Source of the DNA: Phallusia mammillata
Lineage: Eukaryota
NCBI GenBank assembly: GCA_965637545.1
Contig: OZ281497.1
Location: forward strand, 16,244,001-16,308,000
Length of the DNA: 64,000 nt
Direction of reading: 5' to 3'
In this document: positions 46,701 to 61,400 of the stretch, one piece after another
Numbering within the stretch: the stretch's first letter is position 1
How the letters are laid out: every line of letters begins with the position of its first letter
The notes under the pieces: model-generated
Database searches by the model: none
The model's input: only the letters and a program-made list of their open reading frames with translations
Told to the model about the DNA's origin: nothing
Translations under genes and position numbers: made by a program

Positions 46701-49700
46701 ACTTGTGAAGCGGTTGTCGTGGCATGCGTTCTGTTTCGAATCGTATCAATACTTAGACGACACTTTTACGCCATACTCCCTTGCCATAACATCGTTGGGG
46801 TATATTGTGTGTGGTGTTGTCGAATTTTGTCTCCTTTTGTTTTTTGTCAGTGCCAATTTGTGTGATTTGTTAGTTGTTAAACATGTTAGTACTGTTTAGA
46901 TAACTTTCACCCATTTTTTGTCTGAAAAAAAAACTCGCAAAAATTTCGACCACTGCGTGTATCGGTTCACTTAATGTGGCAGGTTTTTTATTTTTAGTAC
47001 TTTGTCGTTTAACTTTTATACAGGACCTTTGAATTTTTATTATGTTCCGTAATTTCCCCACATAAACGTTTCATAAAAACAAGTACAGTTCTGTGCGAGC
47101 GTGTTAACACTTTCCATTTCTTTCTCTTGTTTGTTAATTTTTGGCCTAGAAAGGAAAAGTTGCGATGTATTTGACTATTTGTGCTAAAAATCCCTACATG
47201 TGTGCGTTCGTTTTCTGACGTAACGCTTAAACGCCGTGCCGTGCCGTGTCGTATCGGGCGTGTGTCAGTACTCATAGTTTCGAATTGATATTAATGTCCC
47301 AAAAGTGCCAAAAATGTCTACAAGCGATAACATTAACTTATATGGAAACAATCCCGCTGTTTTAAACACGCACTAAAAACAATTTTGACCCCTTTTCTCT
47401 TTTTCTTGAAGACGCCAGAATGTTTCACTTTCTTTGGGCCTTTGATGTAAAATATTGGTTGCTTGAAAATGTATTTCTGCGGATGCCCTGCGACTGACCC
47501 ACGCAAATACTAAACAAATGCATGCATGGAGGCGCCATGGCCTCGTGCACTGAAATTTCGACGCCTTCTTGACACACTGGCGTCTCGTTTTCCAAACGGT
47601 TTCCCACCTCGAGTCTTAAAGATTTTTGCTAGAGCTTTTCACATGGAAATTGTTATTCATGATTTTTTTTTTATTGTGGCACGTATTGACAGCACTTGCA
47701 GAAAACCAGCAACGCAAAAAAACATTTTTTCACTGATTTTACTGTACCTTCTGCTTTGATGTCGTTTTTTTGTCATTGTACCTTCAATCAGTGCTCACTT
47801 TCTGTTTTTTTACGTTTTACTTTTTTGTGTGTGTTTAAGCCCTATCAGTATTATAGCACTGGCCTGACTATAAACTGCGGAACTTCTGTTAACATTTGCG
47901 CCGATTTATCGCTACTGTCGTCGATATCGCTTTCTGCGGACCTAATTTAAGTTTAGGTTTCTGAAACGGAATACTTTTTCGCAGAATTCCTGCCGCTCTC
48001 ATTACTGCATTTGGTTTAAGTGGTTGTGTGTCGAATCTGTATGCGATAGAAAATAGTGTGGCGTGTTGAAGACACGAAAATTAATACAAGAAGATTTGTT
48101 CCAATGATTGCTGATGTTAAAGATTAGAGATTTTGAAGTACGGCTGGACTGATTGTCTGGTGGAGCAGACGTCTACAGCAAATTTAGGCTATTAAAGAGC
48201 GACATTTTAAATCAACGCATTGTTTGTCTTGCATATTTAGTTTAATCTCCACCATTCTTCAAAAAAATATTTAAATGACAAATTTAATGACAGTGAATGA
48301 TAAATAGTAAATTTCCCACCCCGTGTATGTATTTAAAAACTTGTGCTTCTACTAAAGCGTGGTTTAAAAGGAGCTTTACACTGATCTGCGTATATTAGTG
48401 GATTTTGGATATTTTCACCATGCCGGTAGTTCTCATAACCGTGGATGTGAGACCTGTTTCTATAGGTATGTATAGGAGAGTGCGAAAATGCTAAATTGAG
48501 TTGGGGATTATTAAATATAAAATTCGAAAATTACCGCAGGAGGTGCAAGAACGGGTTGGTGAATTCTAGTGGTAAGCCCACAAGAAAAACTGCTAAGAAT
48601 TACTGAACTATACAAATCAATTGGTTGCGAGTGCGACAAGAAATTGGGAATGAAAAGACCCTTGTCGTTGTATTTAATATGGGGTAAACCCAAACTCACG
48701 CAGTTCTGCCAATATTTATATCAACTTTGTGTGGCAAATCAGCTGTACTTGCACAGCATTCTCGATCGAATTGCTGCAGATCACATTTGTCAAGATGCCA
48801 CGCCCCACACACGCCCATCGACCACCTACATCTGTTGGTCAACTTGTTTTGATCTTTGCAAGTTCGCTGAGGAAACCAGAAGTTGCTTTTCAGCTTTACA
48901 GTTTGCATTGTGAGTAACATCGGTGTTATGCGAGCCTAGCCTGTCTCTGCCTGCACTTACCGGAATTAACTGGCTATTTTCCTCGAAATCCCGACCGAAT
49001 ATGGGTTATTCTCTTCCGGTAGCAGACTAGACTGTCTCAGTGGTGTTTTGCTTTTGTCATCAATATATATGCAAGTGGTATTAGAGGTAAATACCACACA
49101 AGTTTGCACTTTTAATCGTAATTAATTATACCCTCGTAATTATACTCATGTCTCTTTTTGTGTTTAAGAGTTTGGACACAGAGACAAGGGCTTCGAAGTT
49201 TAAACATATTCTGGTCAATTGCCCTAACAAAAAGATTCCGACAATTTGTCTAGTTTTGCATGAGACTGTGGCAAATCAAAACGGATATGCTGGGTATACT
49301 ATAGATCCAAAAATAGGTCATTTCCCATGTTTTGATGCACTTTTCACTGGTCACCTAACGATTTTGCCAAGTTAAAAAAAGACGCACAAACCCCACAGTA
49401 GCACAATATCCTCTTGGATAAACAACATGTCAAATAAAATCAAAAACCGAACCAGTTTATGTAGTTTCTCGCATTGCAGCAGCAGCAGCAGCAGCTTTGC
49501 AGCCATGCAGATGCAGCACCCAGCTTCAAACCGCTAATTTATTGTACCCTTGTCGCTCCTGTCGCCGACCCGGTGACTCACCATCTCTCGATGCTGGCGG
49601 TCGTCGATTCCACCTCGTCAATACCAACCGTCGCTAATTAATCGGACGGGCAGGTCCCGTTGATAATTTTTCGTCCCTGTGTTTCGCTTTTGTTAGCTGA

Positions 49701-52700
49701 CGGTGAAAGAAGGTTTATCCATTCGTACAAGACGCGACCTTTTAGAGGTCTTTCTGTTTTCTATTGAGTTTTTTTCTTGTATAGATTGGTAAATTAGGGA
49801 GTAGATAGAATTTAGGTCTTGCACAGCCGCTCGTCTGCTCTTTAAATACCTGCAATCCATTATAGGTTTTTGCAGTGGTGAATGAGCAAAGGGGCATGTC
49901 GTTGCAATACTTGTTACCAATGGGGTTTTGTACCTGTTTCCAGCTATTATCAATTATGACCTCGTAGGTAATTAACAAGCTTTCATCAGATCCCACGATT
50001 TACATCATAGTTGCGCATTTTTTACCCAAAATACCAGTAGAATATATTACTGTATGCCAAAAGTAGGCACATTACAATTACCGTGCTGTCCGTTGCTGCG
50101 CAAAACTTGGCAAGCAAATGTTTTGAGTTGGCAGTGTTGACAACTACCAAATAACTCTTGTCCTCGGACAATCCCACGTTTTAGCGCGTAACTGATTCGA
50201 CCCACACGCAGAGCAGCAAGCATAAAAAACAACAACAAAATTACCAGGCAGTTCCTGCGACAAAATCCTCCAGACTGTTAGCCCCCACTCTGGACTATTG
50301 ACCCAAACGTGAGGTTGTCGCCTTTATTCTTTTGTTTATTTTTTGGAGCCATTGTTTGGTTTCATAGCGTTTTTTCAAGGAAGTATGTGGTAGTATCTGT
50401 ATAGTTTGAACCAAGCTTGACAATTCACATTCCATTGCACTTTGCTTTACATTAACTCCCACTCGTTTTTTTGACAAATACCTAATAACCTTTCTTCCTT
50501 GCGAATTTGCGAATTTCGGTGTCACAAATCAACAAATGTCGGTGATTTCAATACGTTTAAGCTATGGGGTATAATGCAAAGGGTATAACGTTGGAGTTCA
50601 TGTGTATCATACACTTTTAAAAAGCAGCCTTCTAAGTTTGCTCAGTTTTCTCACTTAGTTTTACTTGTATTAACGTCGTTTAGATCCTCTTATAAGCAGG
50701 TACAAACCATAATTTCCAGCCTTGTATTTTATCCACACTTCCGATGAAAGTGAATTGGAAAGAACCATCCACCGGAGTTCGAACTTTATCTTACCCCCGG
50801 ATTAAGGGATGGGCCTGATTTCGATTCGCAAAAGCGGTTACCCTCTTCACCTGTAACAGCCGCATATGTAATCGGTTCCTGCCACATATGGGGCTATTAG
50901 CAGGTGCACCGAGCAGGTTATTCCGCAATGACGTGCAGTCCAGCATAGAAAACGTAACTGCAAGTTCACAATTGAACGTTGGCCAATGAAAACTTGAAAT
51001 TACCGGTACTTGGAACTGGCCACAAGTGCTGTACAAACTGCAGCGTCGATCGAAAATTCCACATTTATTTATGCGCTATTTTTCTTAGTCCGAGGAAATT
51101 CTAAGAAGTGCTCGGTTTAAACATCACCTCACACCTGCAATTTATGGGTAATAACATCTTTTCTCATTGGCGCGGCAAGATTTGATCCGGGCTTGTCGAC
51201 CGAGAGAGCAATTTCAATACACAAAGCTTGGTATTGATGAAAAGATGAAAGCAAAATCAGAATAATTCGCGCGTATAGCAAGTCACCATCACTGAACAAT
51301 GGACAACAATCTTTGCTGTTGCCTTGGAAATAAAACTAAAATTGGGAGTCACAGCGAACAAAAATGATAAAAAGAAAACACAATTAAACTTAAAGCAAGA
51401 TTTGAATTATTTTGCTTCTTGTGGACAACTGGGCAATTCCGTGAACCAATTAAAAAACACAACTTTGTGTACATGGTTTAAAATCTGTTTAGCTTATGAT
51501 GTTGTCAAAATTTCGGATGCTGCTTGGGAAACAAACCATCAGATAGAACAGACATATTGTGCCTGGAACACGCCGGGCGGGATAGCACGGTATTTCGCTT
51601 TCAATACCGCCAAGGCTTGTCCAATGCGCCTGTCAACAAGACGACGCCCTTATACCGCAACGGTCGAATATTTACCACAATTTGGTATCTCATTTCTTGT
51701 TTACCGTGTTTCGACGCTCTGGTACCAGCAGGTGAAAACTCCTGCTAAAAAGCCGTTTAACGACCTCGAGTCTGACGCACCATTGCGGTTACCCGATTTG
51801 TTTCCCTCGGGCCAGGCGAGGTCGAATAACAAGCTCGCTCGCTGTCTAGGTACATGCCCTTCGCCGAAGATGTAACGGCTTCTGTAGCTTTCAAGGCCAG
51901 GTATGTTTATCAGTGGTGGCGCGTGCGGAAAGGCCGGCAGCACAACCGAAAAACAACTCATTTTTTCTCGTAAGCTGTGATGGACAGCGAGCGAATCTTG
52001 TTTTCGAAGCTTCACGAGGTCGATACTGTTTACGGCGGGAATTGAGCCAAGCCATTGTTCCAAAGCATGGAGAAATTCCTCGAGGCTTCGCAATAACCGA
52101 ACCAATATTTATTCAGCTACCCAGCACCCACGAACCGGTTGCCTGTCGGTGTTTGCGTATTCCCTGCGCTGTGATATTGTACTCACTGAGCGGACTTTGG
52201 TGCTTACAGTTTACGGCCCTCACATATTTTTTTATGAATGAGAATGGGACTAGCGGTCGGGTGATTTCCCTCGCGGACGCGTTTTCACCTGGCCCAATTT
52301 CCCGTCCGCAACATTGCGAAACCGTGACGAAATTTTTTTGAGCGCTATTTCCGTCAAACCCTTTAACCTGCGATCACATTCCAGTAAATCCAAAGCGAAA
52401 CTCTAACCGCGTTTGACGTAAAACTGCCGACAAAAAACAACGGCGAGCTTCTACATTCGTTTACCGCATTCCGGCCAAACTATACGAAGTTGGAAGGTCA
52501 AACAAATTCCGATCCGCTCACGGCCTCACGCAAACCAAAGAAACGCTGGAGGCCCCAATTTTTTTTAGGTTTTAAAGAATAAAGCGCGAAATTAAGCTTT
52601 CTTTTCGAGTGAGTTTAATTTTTTGACGTGTAACGAATTTAGAAAATTCCGGGTGGGATCCTTTAAGCAACCAACAACAATAGGTATTCGTATTTTTAGG

Positions 52701-55365
52701 GATACTTTATGAAGTGCTGATGATTTCATAATATGCCGTTTGTTTGTGCAGTTTTATTACTGGGTTTAAATTCCACTCTATAAATGGTTCACATTAAGTT
52801 GTTTTGAATGTGCCATACAAAGCGTTTAAATTTAGAGACGTTTACCGTTGTTGGTATTCCGGTTTATCTTGCTCAGCGTGTTTCGGTAAAACGCAATATC
52901 GAGATAATTTCATCTGCGCCAGAAAAATGAAAAAAGCTTTCAGGTCATTGCTAGATCTTGCAGTAGTCTGTGCATTTTAGATCGCCATCGCCTTTACTTG
53001 ATCCAAATGTCAAGTTGTTTTGCATGCAACAAACACCATTGGGCCATGCAGGTTCAGTGTCGTGGCTTTAGATCAGCGCCCAAGACGCTGCTTCGCTCTG
53101 GCTTCCGGAAATCGTGGCCTTAACCAGAGGCGTGCCTGAAAACGACATTTATCTTTCCGCTTAAATATCCCCGAAAGCTTTATCGGTGTCTGATTGATGT
53201 CGGACATTCCGGCGTGCAGATGGGACTGATGGAGTTTCGAGAGTAACAAAACAAACAACTCGAACACGTAGCGGAAACTCTGCACGGCGGCTCCCGCGTT
53301 TTGGCGTAGGGCCAAGCTTCGACCTGGCACGTTTGTTTTTCTTTTTTAGCCACGTGACAAGCGCGGAAAATGGAAACGGTGATTAACGATGTCCGTCGGT
53401 GACGCGTAATTCCGGATGTTTGTCGTTCTATAAGCTCATCGGCAGCGGTATCCATTAGCCAAATGTCCTGCATAAAGGCCTGTCGCTTTTAGCCGCTACG
53501 AATTTGCATGAATCGCATAATAGGCAAATCTGCATTGGTCCACTGTGATGATAAATAATGCCCTAGGACAGCAAACGAAAAAACGTTGCTCGATTGTTTA
53601 GTTTCTGTTCGCAACTCCCTCCAATGTTTTATGTTCGCATGTATGACGACATTTTATGTATAAATTTGCATTCATTTTCTAATTAGGGAGAAGCTAAAAA
53701 TTTTACGACATTTCTGTAATCTCGAGCAAAATTCCGCTTTGTCGATACCAGGAATCTTTGGCAGTACGTCGATCAACGTTCAGTTAAAATTACTGAGGAA
53801 ATTGAAGCATTATCTGGCGGAAATAAAAACTTTTTGTAAATGAACGAAACTGCGCGAAGAGAACCAAACGCTCGATTCGTTAGTCGCCAAATAATTAATA
53901 ATCAATCAGTCAGATTGACAAACGATGGACGCCTCCGACTGCCGTGTCGACCTGCTGATGATTAGCGTGTGGGCAGGCGGAAATTGATAGCACCACCACC
54001 GAGGGAAAGAAACCTACTGCACGTTATATTGCACGGGTCATGCCACTATATGTGTTGTTGTTTTAACCCAGGGCGGTCCCAGGCGAAATGATGAAAAACC
54101 ATAACTTATACACCTGTACTTTATACAGGTAGCAGTTTTGAGTGTTCAGGTCACTTCGACATTTTCACTGTAATGTCGTTTGGACACTAACTTTGTTCGT
54201 CCCATTTCGCGATGACGAATCGCCCCCTTTTGGTTTGCGCGTTAGTACGGAAAACTACCTCCGCCGGTAATGACAGAAAATAACGTTGCCCCGGTGTCAG
54301 GTTATGTCACCTCCCTTTGGCAGGTAAACTATCAAAATTATTTCACCACTCTATTGTCTGTCCTGTAACGCAACACCCCAAAAGTGGACTTGTCAGATTG
54401 TACCGGTTGGTCCGCGCATTGTGCCGGAGCAACCGTGATCCAGTGGTGCAAGTTCCGTTGTTGCAAAGGTCATCTGTTGCGGGCTCTGATTCATGAAGTG
54501 TCGGTCGGTGCCAGGCGCACTGCATCAAACATATTTTTTTTATCAAGTGACAATGAAAAATATACACCGACTTGCAAGCAGGTAAATTTGCTTGGCAAAA
54601 GTAACATTACAGATATAAAAGCTACAAAACGCCACTTATATAAATGTTTTTGTAATTGCAAAATTACGTAGCGATATAACAACGTAAACATAATTACAGT
54701 TTACATAACTAAAATTGTTTCAAGATTCTAAATTTACGGTGTATTCGCGTACACGCGTCGCTATTAATAGATCAGTTGCGCACATTTTGGCCGCTTTAAA
54801 TATTCCGCGTCGCGCAAAGGGAGAGCGCCCGTTCAGATCGCGGAAAATCTCTGTTTTATCCCGGTCTCATGCGTAAGATCGACCTGATCTCTGTGCGCAC
54901 AAAAATTCGCGTGTTGGTCGTCTTTGCTGACGTCAAACGCTACTCGACGACGCAAGTCAAGTACGCGGATCGCCGTAGCGTGTGCAATAGGGCAACGGTA
55001 AAAGCGTAGGTAAGCCGGCTTTAGGGAGAAGTTAACTTGCAAATGCACGCAGGTGTGTCGTGCATTGTTCGCTCGCTGTTGTGTTTTGTAGACGGTTAGT
55101 TTTCTAAAATTAGTCTGTGTTTTGTACTTTTCTGTCTTGTTTGTGAATCCCGGAATTGGAAACTTACGTAAAGTTTTTACCTTTTCGACTAAAAAGGGAT
55201 AAAGATAACTTCGGGAATTTTACCTATATCCATACATTTTTAACAACAACTTGCATTTTTGTAGACATGGATCCACGTTTAAAAATATTTTTAGTGACAA
55301 AGGTCCTAAATCCAATCAGTAAAAAATCCCAAAAATTAGCTCAATCCACTTTTGATTTTTAAACA

Positions 55366-55373
<8 letters not shown>

Positions 55374-55410
<37 letters not shown>
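55374..55410. repeat. (TA)n microsatellite
   Basis: Uninterrupted TA run of about 18 units; shorter runs at about 19473-19488 and 33658-33678. Confidence 0.95.
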
Positions 55411-55413
<3 letters not shown>

Positions 55414-58400
55414 CAACCATCCAACCGTGTACTTCAGCATGTACTTTTAGCCTATAGGTGGGTGGATTACTTGAGATGTGCATGTAACTACGGCCGATCT
55501 TTTCGTACCTTAACATTGACACTGAAACTTCAATGTATGAATCATTTACCATGGGCTTGTACCTTGTATCCTTCGCTGTGATGCCAAGGACATAATGGCC
55601 CAAGTATTATCTGCACATTATCTCGGCAGCGATAAGACGCTCTATTATACATCATCTGCTTTATACGATAGGGTGCAAAAGGTCATGCGCTGTTTTAACA
55701 AGCTGGGTCGCTTTTCGCTTTGTTATTCTATTTATTAAATCGTGCTTGAAGGTTAGTTGTATTTTCTGTAATTATAAATCTACCATTGGGCATTTTTTAG
55801 AGAAAAAAAGTTTTATCGATGGTCTGACAAAATTTTGGTTTTTATCGATTTTGGAAAAAAACGCTATACCCTTCCCCTTCTTTTGGTTCAAGACTAAAAA
55901 ACTAAAAGAAAAGGTCGATTTTAGGCCAAAGTATTCCAGATTTAAACCCGCCATAGCTGGTTTCAGTCTACTACGGAACCTCCAAACCGTTCTTGACGGC
56001 TGTGTGTAGTGCTGGTTTTGAAACACGCATTTTTTTTAGTGGAAAACAAGCCTTAAAAAACCAAAAAAGTCCGTCTCAGTACCACCTGAAAAGGTTAAGG
56101 AAAACACAAAGTAACCCATGTTCTGTGCACGCAACACTCTACCCACCCAAAGACAATTGCTACTTGTTTGACAGTGACCGAGCATGACCCGAGAGCAAAA
56201 CTAAATACCTGTGGGCCAACGACGAATGCACAAACCTACGATTATGGCTGGGGGGTTTTCGAGAGTGATTACTGTTTTTGATGCTGGGCAAAAGAAGCCC
56301 TGCAGGCATACTTACTCTTATGTCTGTCATTTATCGGCTTGAAGGGCCTCGATGACAGGCCCAGCGTCGAAAATCATTATCCTCGAGCGAAAAAAACACT
56401 ATCGGTGCTGTTAAACGTCATTGGCACGTAGCAGCGTCTGCGCTACAACTAAATTCGAGGTACTGCTTCCGAAAATAGCGAACTGCGATTATTTTTAAAC
56501 GAGTGGACTTTTGTAAACCGTTGCTTCAAGCGTTTCACCTGCACTGGACCCAAGCATTTACATGCGTATGAATCAGATCGGGGTTATTTTAGGACCTATG
56601 TTTGCGTACATATAAAGACTGGCGATTTTTTTAGACTGCACACTTTCGACGCGAAACAAGCGATCGGTGATTTTAATGATTTCGGACCGGAAAAGCGAAC
56701 CCTTGTGTCTCGCGATAAACGGTAAAACGCGATAAAATCGAATGATGGTCAATAATTTACGTGGGCGGACATCAAACAGCAAAATGTGTCATCAACCATG
56801 TCTTATATAGGCATACGACAGGTATCGTATGGGCTATTAGGTTGCAAAACAACCGGACATAGTTTGAAACCTTTTCGACATTTTTTCTCTTTTCTCTGTT
56901 CCATGAACGCTGACCGTTTAGTTAGCCGTTCAAACCATATTTGGGCGTTTTCGCGGACGAACCGCGCCGCGAGGGGGTGTAGGGTTTTGGTTTGGCAGAG
57001 CGGAGGGGATAAATCATCCACGAAAAATCGATACCAAACAAACCTAAGAAGTTAGACTTTACGAGGGGAATTTCCTCGCATTTCAACGACACAAGCGATA
57101 CTTGACTGGTCGATTTAACGGCACTTGCCACAAAGGAAGCCCTTCTTCTAAAATCCGTTGGTCCGCGTCCAAATATTGTTTGTGAAAAACTACGACCCCT
57201 GCTGATGCGAATGGGAAGTCAATATACGGAGATACGACGCGATTGGTTTTCTATGGCAAACAAATCCCGCATTTTCCTAAATTCATCGGACGCGTTTACT
57301 AGATTTTTTGCAGTTCGCTCGTCATCGTGACGTGTGTTGCCCGCCTCGGTATATTTACCTAAAGATTCAACTTCCTGACATTCTACCAATGAATTATTGT
57401 TTTGTTTCGTAACAGGTGTCATATTATCGTCGGTGGGGGGCAGAAAGTTATTGGTAATCGACTTTGTCGTGGTTTGAGGGCAAACAAGCAACCAGACATG
57501 CGTTAAATTATCATCACTAATTGTACCCCAGCTATTTTTTTACGAAATGATGTGAAATCTTCAAAATATATCATGAGTATTATTCAAAAAATTAAAAGGT
57601 GGTCTTATTTGGTTTTCTGTCGTATGTTCGACATTAAAGTTGTGTGGCATATAAGGTTTCACTTGGCAGCGATTCTAACTACCCATAGTTGTTGTGGAGA
57701 CCGCAGCCGTCGTTGGCGTGAAAAACAACTCGACAAGTACCTGTCAAGAGGGATTGTGACGTTAGTGATCACGTGAGAGGAAAGCACCTCTCTGAGGATC
57801 TGGTTTCAGAGTTGTCCATGTCGACTCCACGCGCAGTGCCTGAATCTTGGGCGTGTTGCAATCAATCGCTGTTCGATGTTTGTTGGAATAAAGTGCGCGC
57901 AACGGGCGATGTGCAGAAACATCAGAGGCGAGGCGAGGCGAGTTTGTGGCGTAGGAGCTTTGGTGCTGCCACCCACGAGCATGTTTGGACAGTTCGCGTG
58001 TGGATTGGCACAGAATGCGCGGGCAGGAAACCAGGTCGCCCACCAGCGCCTGCTACGCAACATGTTTTCACCGTTCCGAGTGAAAGCACCGGCCCCAGCA
58101 GCAGCGGTTCGCTGGCGTCCGGGTCCGATTCGAGCTAATGGACGTTGTGAAGTTTGGTGGGTAACTCGATAGCCGGCTATCAGTGAAGTGATAGACAGAC
58201 ACGCGCGAACGAGCTAAACGATTATTTTTCCGATTGTTTGTTTGCCAAGCTGAGAACGGGATCGTGTTTATGTGGCGTGTTGTTGGTGAGTGATGGATTG
58301 TGTGTGTTTATACTTAAAGTTTGCTGATGTTTTCTTTGCTTCAAAACTCGTTTTTACCAAGATTAGCTGTGTTTTAATGTCCCTTTAAATAAAACTTTAA

Positions 58401-61400
58401 AATACAGCTTAATTGTGTAATGGTTCAGTCACAAACGCGTTTGTACTCCTTTTGCGGTGTTCCACTTAAGTTTTTGGTTTTTCTGTATAACTTGTACTAC
58501 ATTAACCTGAACTGTCCTGGGTTATCAAATGTTTAACCATGGTTTAACAAAGTAAGAATGACTGCAACCATTGCTCGATAGGCTGAGCGATTGCAATAAC
58601 TTGTCTGTAACTATTAACTGTTAGTTAGGGATTCAATAGAGTGTAAAAAAAACGGAAATACAAACAACCAACACTCTTTCACTCAATGATATTACATGAG
58701 TCACACAGGTGTGGTGGCGGTTTTGTGAAGGAGTGTCGTTTCACTTTGGTACTCAGAATCTAGATTTACCGCCTCAAAGCAGTTTTGTACCGTCGATTTC
58801 GTGCAAAACGCAACCGAGCGATCAAGGATTAAATCTCTACTTGATACATTACTGCCTTCAGCAACCAACCATGGCTCAAACAAGGTTGCAATTTTAGGAT
58901 TTAGCGTCTTTACAGCGGCTTTTTATCAAAGCGATTTTGCGCAATAACCACTTTGTGTATCCAAAAGTAGAATCTAAAATTAATGTCATTAATAGCTGGA
59001 ACGTTAAACTTTACGGAATGATTACGGAAATGATTTGTCGACGAAGTCAGAGTTATTATAGGAATGTAGACTTTTATGCCATATCTTTTGATACAACAAA
59101 AAAGTCATTAATTTAAAAAACGCGAAATGGTTGATAAAGTCTAATTCACCGCCACCTAGTTTTTTTTTAAATTTTGTTGACACATTGTTAACCTGGTCGC
59201 AATTTTAAGAGACTACGAACAAATCTTATTTTGCCAGTATTGTGTACGCTCGCGAAAGTTCCGCTTCGCGAATCAATAACTACTAGGCTCGCCGCAAATG
59301 GGCCATGAACTCAACAGGTGTTTACGGTTCAGCTGTAGTGAAGTACTTAACCGTTGGATATAATCAGCCACGGGGCTTGCAATCCGAAACCTGGAAGGTC
59401 ACAAACATTTGATTCGTTGTCGCCTTTTCTCGGTTTCCCTTTCGGACAATACGGGCGAGACGCGTAAAGTAAACCTAACGGGCCCAAGCTAAGGCGTGTG
59501 ATGTGCAGGGCCTTGAATAATTGATGAGAGACGCGTGGAAAGTAACCATGTTTGGTATCAAGATCGATTCGCGCACCAGCGTGGGTTAAGGAACACTGAA
59601 TCGGGGATGCGAACGTTTGGACTGGTACACACGGAATACATGTGGTAGCCGATGGGATAAGAATTTGCGGAATTCGTAGACACGAAGCGTTTATTTGCTT
59701 TACGTCGCAACGAAGACGATTTCTTGTTGATCCGAAATTGCGCCATTCTCACACTTTGGGGAGCGTGTTACGAGCCGGGCGCACAATACTCGTGTTTCGA
59801 CGACTTTCGCAACACAAAGGCCTCGTGTCGGTTCCCGTGGGTAAGGAGAAAGGAGTTCGAAGGCCCCTTGAGTGCTTCGCCTGGCAATTGCTCTGACAGG
59901 GGTGAAACAGTGAACAAACAGTCTCTTCATTGCCACTCGGCCGGCTACAGATATGTATGGAATGCGGAACGACCGGGCAAAGTGTCAAACAAACAAGAAG
60001 CGAAAAATTCCGGGTGTCAAATCGGCCATCGGAGTTACTAGGAATTCATCGCTTGATGTTGTTTCGCAATGTCAATAGTGTAAACTGCTCTAGGCACCTA
60101 TTTGATATTTAGTAAACTTGATGATACCATCAAATCTCTACTACTGCATGGGTGATAACATCTGATCAGCAACGTTATCCCATTAATCACTGAAAACCTA
60201 TCTGGCCATGCATTAAACATCTGCCAACAAACAACCGACGTTCCCGTCCCATATTTTACAGCGGTAAAAAACTACTCCCAGAACTTTTTGTCGTAAATTT
60301 CATGCTTTTACGAAAATTCCACGTTATTTAAAAATTTATAAGAATGCTTAGAACTGCGTCAGTTATTCCACTCGGCGCTGGATGCCTGGCATACTCGGTA
60401 ACGTTATCCACGCCTCATTGGCAGATCAAGCTGTGTTTGCTCTCTTCCCATTGGTACACCCTGTGTTTCGTCGGCGGTCTCGTAATCAAGCATATCCTCC
60501 TTAATACAATTAGGCGGAGGTTGTTCATCGGTAGCATAGTGTATAGATGTGCCTCAAATCGAGTTGTTTATCGCAGGGCGCGTTCTCTGGGCGCTAGCTT
60601 CATCCGGACGTCGCCCTCTTCCATGAGTCACTGTCTCGTTAAACAACTCCCGTCGAGATCAAACGACGCGGGCTGTCGCTCTGTCGCGTTTCATGTTGCG
60701 AAAAACCTAACCACCCTTCCCTTATCCCCCTGCCACAAGCTCGGGCTGATTTGCGACAAGGATAAGTTTTTTTTACGACCGGAAATTGCCCCCGCACTAA
60801 CCAAGTCCACGTAAACTTGTGAGCTTTTTCCGTTTCTTTTAATCCTTTCCGCAAATTAAAATAAGAACGGGGATCAGTAAGCGTAGTCCCTTGTCAGTTG
60901 TTTTATGGGATTAAACGTGTGTGAATGTGTTATTAAAACAAACAAAAAAACAACAACAAAGAAATGATTGTTAAATAAACATTACTTTTTGAAAATGTCT
61001 ACTGTTATCAGTCGAATAAAAACGCGTTGATAGGTTTACTTCACATGTAAGTTTCGTGACTTTATGCTTTATGTAAACTCTTTCTATAATTCTTATCGGT
61101 TGTTAAAACGTCTACCACAAATTATATCCACTTCACTTATGGCTTCTTACAGTTATATCACTACATTAAATTGCTTTTTAAACTTACCTGTTGCATAATC
61201 TTTGGGCGTTTTCATCATGTAAGAGCACCAAAGGTGTGTGTTTTAAAAATGCTTGGAATGATGAGCATTCTGTTTCGGCATCAGAGAGTGAATGATTGAT
61301 TGAATGGTTAAAATAAGCTTCGTTCAGTCCAAGTCAACTGTTCGTTCAAGTCAGTTAAATTTTTTTCGGGTCGGTTTGCGTAGCATGCTCTTTTCGCGCC

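Noticed and set aside
49477-49494. (CAG)6 as a polyQ coding exon
   Set aside because: Short open frame with no convincing splice context or domain.
51324-51875. 183-aa ORF, plus other 100-160 aa ORFs in 41-61 kb
   Set aside because: Mostly non-ATG starts, overlapping frames on both strands in GC-rich islands, and no recognisable motifs.
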